From positions 1 to 15,894 of the forward strand of contig JAUSKK010000009.1 of NCBI GenBank assembly GCA_030649345.1: a stretch of DNA of 15,894 bases. Direction: 5' to 3'. The position numbers were made by a program, and so were the translations under genes. Positions 13,396-15,894 of the stretch are shown piece by piece; positions within the stretch are counted from its first letter, which is position 1; each line of letters starts with the position of its first letter. The DNA comes from Candidatus Iainarchaeum sp. (GTDB taxonomy: Archaea > Iainarchaeota > Iainarchaeia > Iainarchaeales > 0-14-0-20-34-12). A model generated the notes under the pieces. It searched no databases. It was not told where the DNA came from and saw only the letters and a list, made by a program, of their open reading frames with translations.

Positions 13396-14085
13396 ATGAC
13401 AAGTCATGATTTTTTATCTCAGACAGGGCAATCATTGCTGGATGCAGGAACCCAAGTATGGAATTCCTTTGTTGGCTTTTTGCCTCAATTAATTGGAGCA
13501 ATTATCATTATTTTAGTCGGCTGGATTGCAGCTAAAATTTTGAAACACGCAGTTGTAATGCTTTTAGAGCATTCTACTTTGGATAAATGGGTTGAAGAAC
13601 AAAACTTAACAGCAGCCATTGGAGGAAAAAAAATTTCTCAATTGGTTGGAAGTATTACCAAATGGTTTGTAATTGCAATCTTTTTATCTCAAGCAGTTGC
13701 AACATTCAATTTAATGGTTTTAGGAAGTTTTTTAGCTAGACTTGCAGACTATATTGTATTATTTTTAGTAGCTGTAGTCATTGTATCCATTGGATTAATC
13801 GTTGGACGATATGTTCGACACTCCGTGGAAGCCACAGAACACATGCATAAAAGAGCTGTGGGAATGATTTTAGAAATAGTCTTAGTCTACATGGCTTTAG
13901 TCATTGGATTGCAGAACTTAGGCTTACGAGTCGATGTATTAGTTGACTTGTTCCGAATTGCCTTCACTGGATTCACTTTAACCATTGCCATTATAGTCGG
14001 TTTAGGCTTTGGATTGGCTTTCAAAGACCAAGCTAAAGACATTTTAGGCGACATTTCCAAAGACTGGAAAGCAACTAAAAAGTAA
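13396..14085 (+). CDS. membrane protein with repeated conserved-TM-helix motifs (MscS N-terminal-like)
   Basis: 229 aa. FLPQLIGAIIIILVGWIAAKIL recurs in degenerate form (ITKWFVIAIFLSQAV, LADYIVLFLVAVVIVSIGLIVGRYV, ILEIVLVYMALVIGLQ, FTLTIAIIVGLGFGLAF). GAGGTGG (13382-13388) lies 7 nt upstream of the ATG. Confidence 0.7.
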   Translation: MTSHDFLSQTGQSLLDAGTQVWNSFVGFLPQLIGAIIIILVGWIAAKILKHAVVMLLEHSTLDKWVEEQNLTAAIGGKKISQLVGSITKWFVIAIFLSQAVATFNLMVLGSFLARLADYIVLFLVAVVIVSIGLIVGRYVRHSVEATEHMHKRAVGMILEIVLVYMALVIGLQNLGLRVDVLVDLFRIAFTGFTLTIAIIVGLGFGLAFKDQAKDILGDISKDWKATKK

Positions 14086-14096
14086 ACCAACATAAG

Positions 14097-14131
14097 CCCT
14101 CCTTAATTGGAGGGAATTTTTCCTTTTTTTT
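14097..14131 (+). terminator. GC hairpin plus oligo-T terminator
   Basis: CCCTCC(14097-14102)/GGAGGG(14109-14114) with loop TTAATT, followed by aatttttcctttttttt. It starts 11 nt after the stop of the membrane protein gene. Confidence 0.55.
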
Positions 14132-14193
14132 AATTTTTAATTCTGCTAATTACAGTTTTTTTTATTGGTTGTATCGATTTGGAGAATACCGGT

Positions 14194-14754
14194 ATGTCAG
14201 GAAAAAATGAAAAATATCCTTTTATTGTAAAAAAAGACTTACCTTCCGCAAACCAGTTGACTGAAAAATATACCTCCATTGAACACGATTTGTCTTCTTT
14301 AGAAAAATACCATTTCAAAATCGCACGAAATAAAGACTGGAACACCATTGACATTAAATTAACTCAGCTTCCAACTGTGCAATCTTGGCATGAGTTAGGT
14401 TTATTCCAAAAAAGAGACTCTGGCAATAATCCTGTTGCAGAAATTGTTGTAAAAATAATCAAAATAAAAAATGAAATCAGTCCAGCTAAAGTTTTAGAAA
14501 AAATGCTTGAAGAAACCTATCAAGACAAAAATTTAGAAATTCTAAATCAGCAAACCTTTGATTCTTCTCAAGGTCTTGTGAAAGATGTGTTATTCAAATA
14601 TTTTTATGAAAATGTCAATTTTGTTTCCAGAATGACTGTTTTTAGCACTGGGCGAGAAATGGTTCTAATTCAAGGAAATGCCAGTGAAAAAGATTACAAT
14701 GTATTTGCCCTTGATTTTTACATGGCTATAAGTTCGTTTAATTTTGTTAAGTAG
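14194..14754 (+). CDS. hypothetical soluble protein, no recognisable domain
   Basis: The track ORF starts at TTG 14179. I prefer ATG 14194 (MSGKNEKY...), which has GGAG (14181-14184) 9 nt upstream. Composition is Lys/Asn/Glu-rich like the housekeeping genes here. The antisense ORF 14130..14354 is treated as a shadow. Confidence 0.55.
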   Translation: MSGKNEKYPFIVKKDLPSANQLTEKYTSIEHDLSSLEKYHFKIARNKDWNTIDIKLTQLPTVQSWHELGLFQKRDSGNNPVAEIVVKIIKIKNEISPAKVLEKMLEETYQDKNLEILNQQTFDSSQGLVKDVLFKYFYENVNFVSRMTVFSTGREMVLIQGNASEKDYNVFALDFYMAISSFNFVK

Positions 14755-14820
14755 GCCTAAGCTTTGATTATTGTGCATAGCATATTCATTTTAATTCTTT
14801 GAATTACTTGTTTTATAGTT

Positions 14821-14894
14821 GGGCCTGTAGCTCAGCCTGGCAGAGCATTGGTCTTATACGCCAGTGGTCAACGGTTCAAATCCGTTCAGGCCCA
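14821..14894 (+). tRNA. tRNA-Ile (anticodon TAT), no intron, CCA not encoded
   Basis: Manual cloverleaf: acceptor GGGCCTG/CAGGCCC, D arm GCTC-AGCCTGGCA-GAGC, anticodon arm TTGGT-CTTATAC-GCCAG (terminal G-U pairs, TAT at positions 34-36), variable TGGTC, T arm AACGG-TTCAAAT-CCGTT, discriminator A. Confidence 0.88.
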
Positions 14895-14954
14895 AACTGC
14901 AACTTTCTTGTAATTCAAAAAGTTTTATTAAGTTAGTTAACTGCATGTGAAACA

Positions 14955-15623
14955 ATGGCTGAAAAAATTGTATTTGCTTGGAGCAGCGGAAAAGATAGCA
15001 GCATGGCTTTGCATGTTTTGCGTGCACAATCTCAATTCAAAATTCTGGCTTTATTGACTACTGTAACTCAAGATTACGATCGAATCAGCATGCATGGAGT
15101 TCTCCGTGTTCTTTTAGAACAACAAGCTGAATCTATCGGCATTCCTTTGGATTTGGTTTATATTTCTAAAAATTCTTCCAATCAAGAATACGAAACACAA
15201 ATGAACGAAAAATTATTGTACTACAAAAATCAAGGAATTTCAGGTGTAGCTTTTGGAGATATTTTTTTAGAAGACTTGAAAAAATACAGAGAAGAAAATT
15301 TAGCTAAACTTGGCTTGCTTGGAATTTTTCCTGTCTGGAAACGAAATACTTTGGAATTAGCCAATGCCTTTATTGGCTTAGGCTTTAAAGCAATTATTAC
15401 TTGCATTGATTCAAAAGTTCTTGGAAAAGAGTTTGCAGGCCGAGAATTTAACAAACAGTTTTTAGCTGACTTGCCTTCTACAGTTGACCCATGCGGAGAA
15501 AATGGAGAATTTCATTCTTTTGTATATGCTGGTCCAATCTTTAAAACCAAAATTTCATTCAACAAAGGAGAAATTGTTTTACGAGATAACCGTTTCTATT
15601 TTTGCGACCTAGTGCCTGTATAA
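14955..15623 (+). CDS. Dph6-like / MJ0570-family PP-loop ATP pyrophosphatase (diphthine-ammonia ligase-related)
   Basis: PP-loop AWSSGKDS at the N-terminus, FGDIFLEDLKKYRE, and DPCGENGEFHSFVYAGP, all characteristic of the COG2102/DUF71 family. Confidence 0.8.
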   Translation: MAEKIVFAWSSGKDSSMALHVLRAQSQFKILALLTTVTQDYDRISMHGVLRVLLEQQAESIGIPLDLVYISKNSSNQEYETQMNEKLLYYKNQGISGVAFGDIFLEDLKKYREENLAKLGLLGIFPVWKRNTLELANAFIGLGFKAIITCIDSKVLGKEFAGREFNKQFLADLPSTVDPCGENGEFHSFVYAGPIFKTKISFNKGEIVLRDNRFYFCDLVPV

Positions 15624-15767
15624 CCCCAATATTCACCGGAAACACCGGAAGTCCACTTACTGTTTGATTTAAATATTCCATATTACCTTATTTTTGTAAC
15701 GACTAGAATGACTTAAACAAGTGTTTGGGTTGATTTAAAGTTAGTTAAATAAAAGGAGTAGAACACC

Positions 15768-15894
15768 ATGGCATTCCAAAGAGGTGGCTTCAGTAGAGGT
15801 CCACGTGAAATGCATAAAACAGTTTGTTCCGATTGCGGTGCTGAAACAGAAGTACCATTTAAGCCAATCGAAGGCAGACCTGTTTATTGCAGAG
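15768..15894 (+). CDS. CxxC-x17-CxxC zinc-ribbon protein, 5' fragment (runs off the window)
   Basis: MAFQRGGFSRGPREMHKTVCSDCGAETEVPFKPIEGRPVYCR. A Gly/Arg-rich N-terminus is followed by CxxC...EVPFKPxxGRPVYC, typical of this family. AAAGGAG (15752-15758) lies 9 nt upstream of the ATG. The gene is truncated at the window end. Confidence 0.65.
   Translation, partial: MAFQRGGFSRGPREMHKTVCSDCGAETEVPFKPIEGRPVYCR

Noticed and set aside
13316-14354. Minus-strand ORFs 13316..13501, 13887..14093 and 14130..14354
   Set aside because: They overlap better-supported + strand genes or the terminator and intergenic region, and have no start signals.
10965-14894. Possible integrated element between hairpin copy 2 and tRNA-Ile (orphan genes next to a tRNA)
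   Set aside because: No integrase, no repeat of the tRNA-Ile sequence that could serve as an att site, and no obvious compositional break by eye. The thermosome looks about as GC-rich as the orphan genes. I cannot support a mobile-element call from this sequence alone.
15230-15454. 74-aa minus ORF inside the Dph6-like gene
   Set aside because: It is an antisense shadow of a gene with clear PP-loop and GENGEFHSFV motifs.
15630-15650. Direct repeat CACCGGAA-A-CACCGGAA after the Dph6-like gene
   Set aside because: It is a very short single occurrence with only a 4-bp self-complementary core. It cannot be told apart from chance or a trivial terminator-region feature.

Overview
AT-rich, tightly packed archaeal chromosome segment. 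The archaeal call rests on a group II chaperonin (thermosome), a histone-fold protein, an Lrp/AsnC regulator, gatCAB and tRNAs without encoded CCA. Many genes have an A/T box about 25 nt upstream of the ATG, suggesting leaderless transcripts. Small genes, 4-nt overlaps and a tRNA-Ile with anticodon UAU suggest a small-genome (DPANN/Nanoarchaeota-like) lineage, but that is inference only. Recognisable genes are an M48/Ste24-type protease, Trm112-like Zn-ribbon, gatC-gatA-gatB, Lrp/AsnC, tRNA-Asn(GUU), an EamA/DMT transporter, a histone-fold protein with a coiled-coil tail, a small atypical kinase, the thermosome, a CoaE/UPF0200-like P-loop kinase, a TM-helix-repeat membrane protein, tRNA-Ile(UAU), a Dph6-like PP-loop ATPase and a truncated CxxC-x17-CxxC protein. 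I saw no CRISPR array, transposase, integrase or recognisable defence genes. Four things are not explained by standard annotation. (1) A double-hairpin element occurs three times on the + strand (5036, 5831, 10965), with compensatory stem changes and a conserved loop. (2) Three tandem, diverged paralogs of about 170 aa (11088-12747) are Arg-rich, each with its own similarly spaced A/T box. A 356-aa basic repeat protein on the other side of the thermosome may be related to them. (3) The tRNA-Asn 5' end plus its upstream flank is duplicated and fused to two GC hairpins. (4) An unannotated 49-aa basic ORF shares a palindromic TATA-like box with the divergent Trm112 gene. All functional ideas for these are hypotheses.
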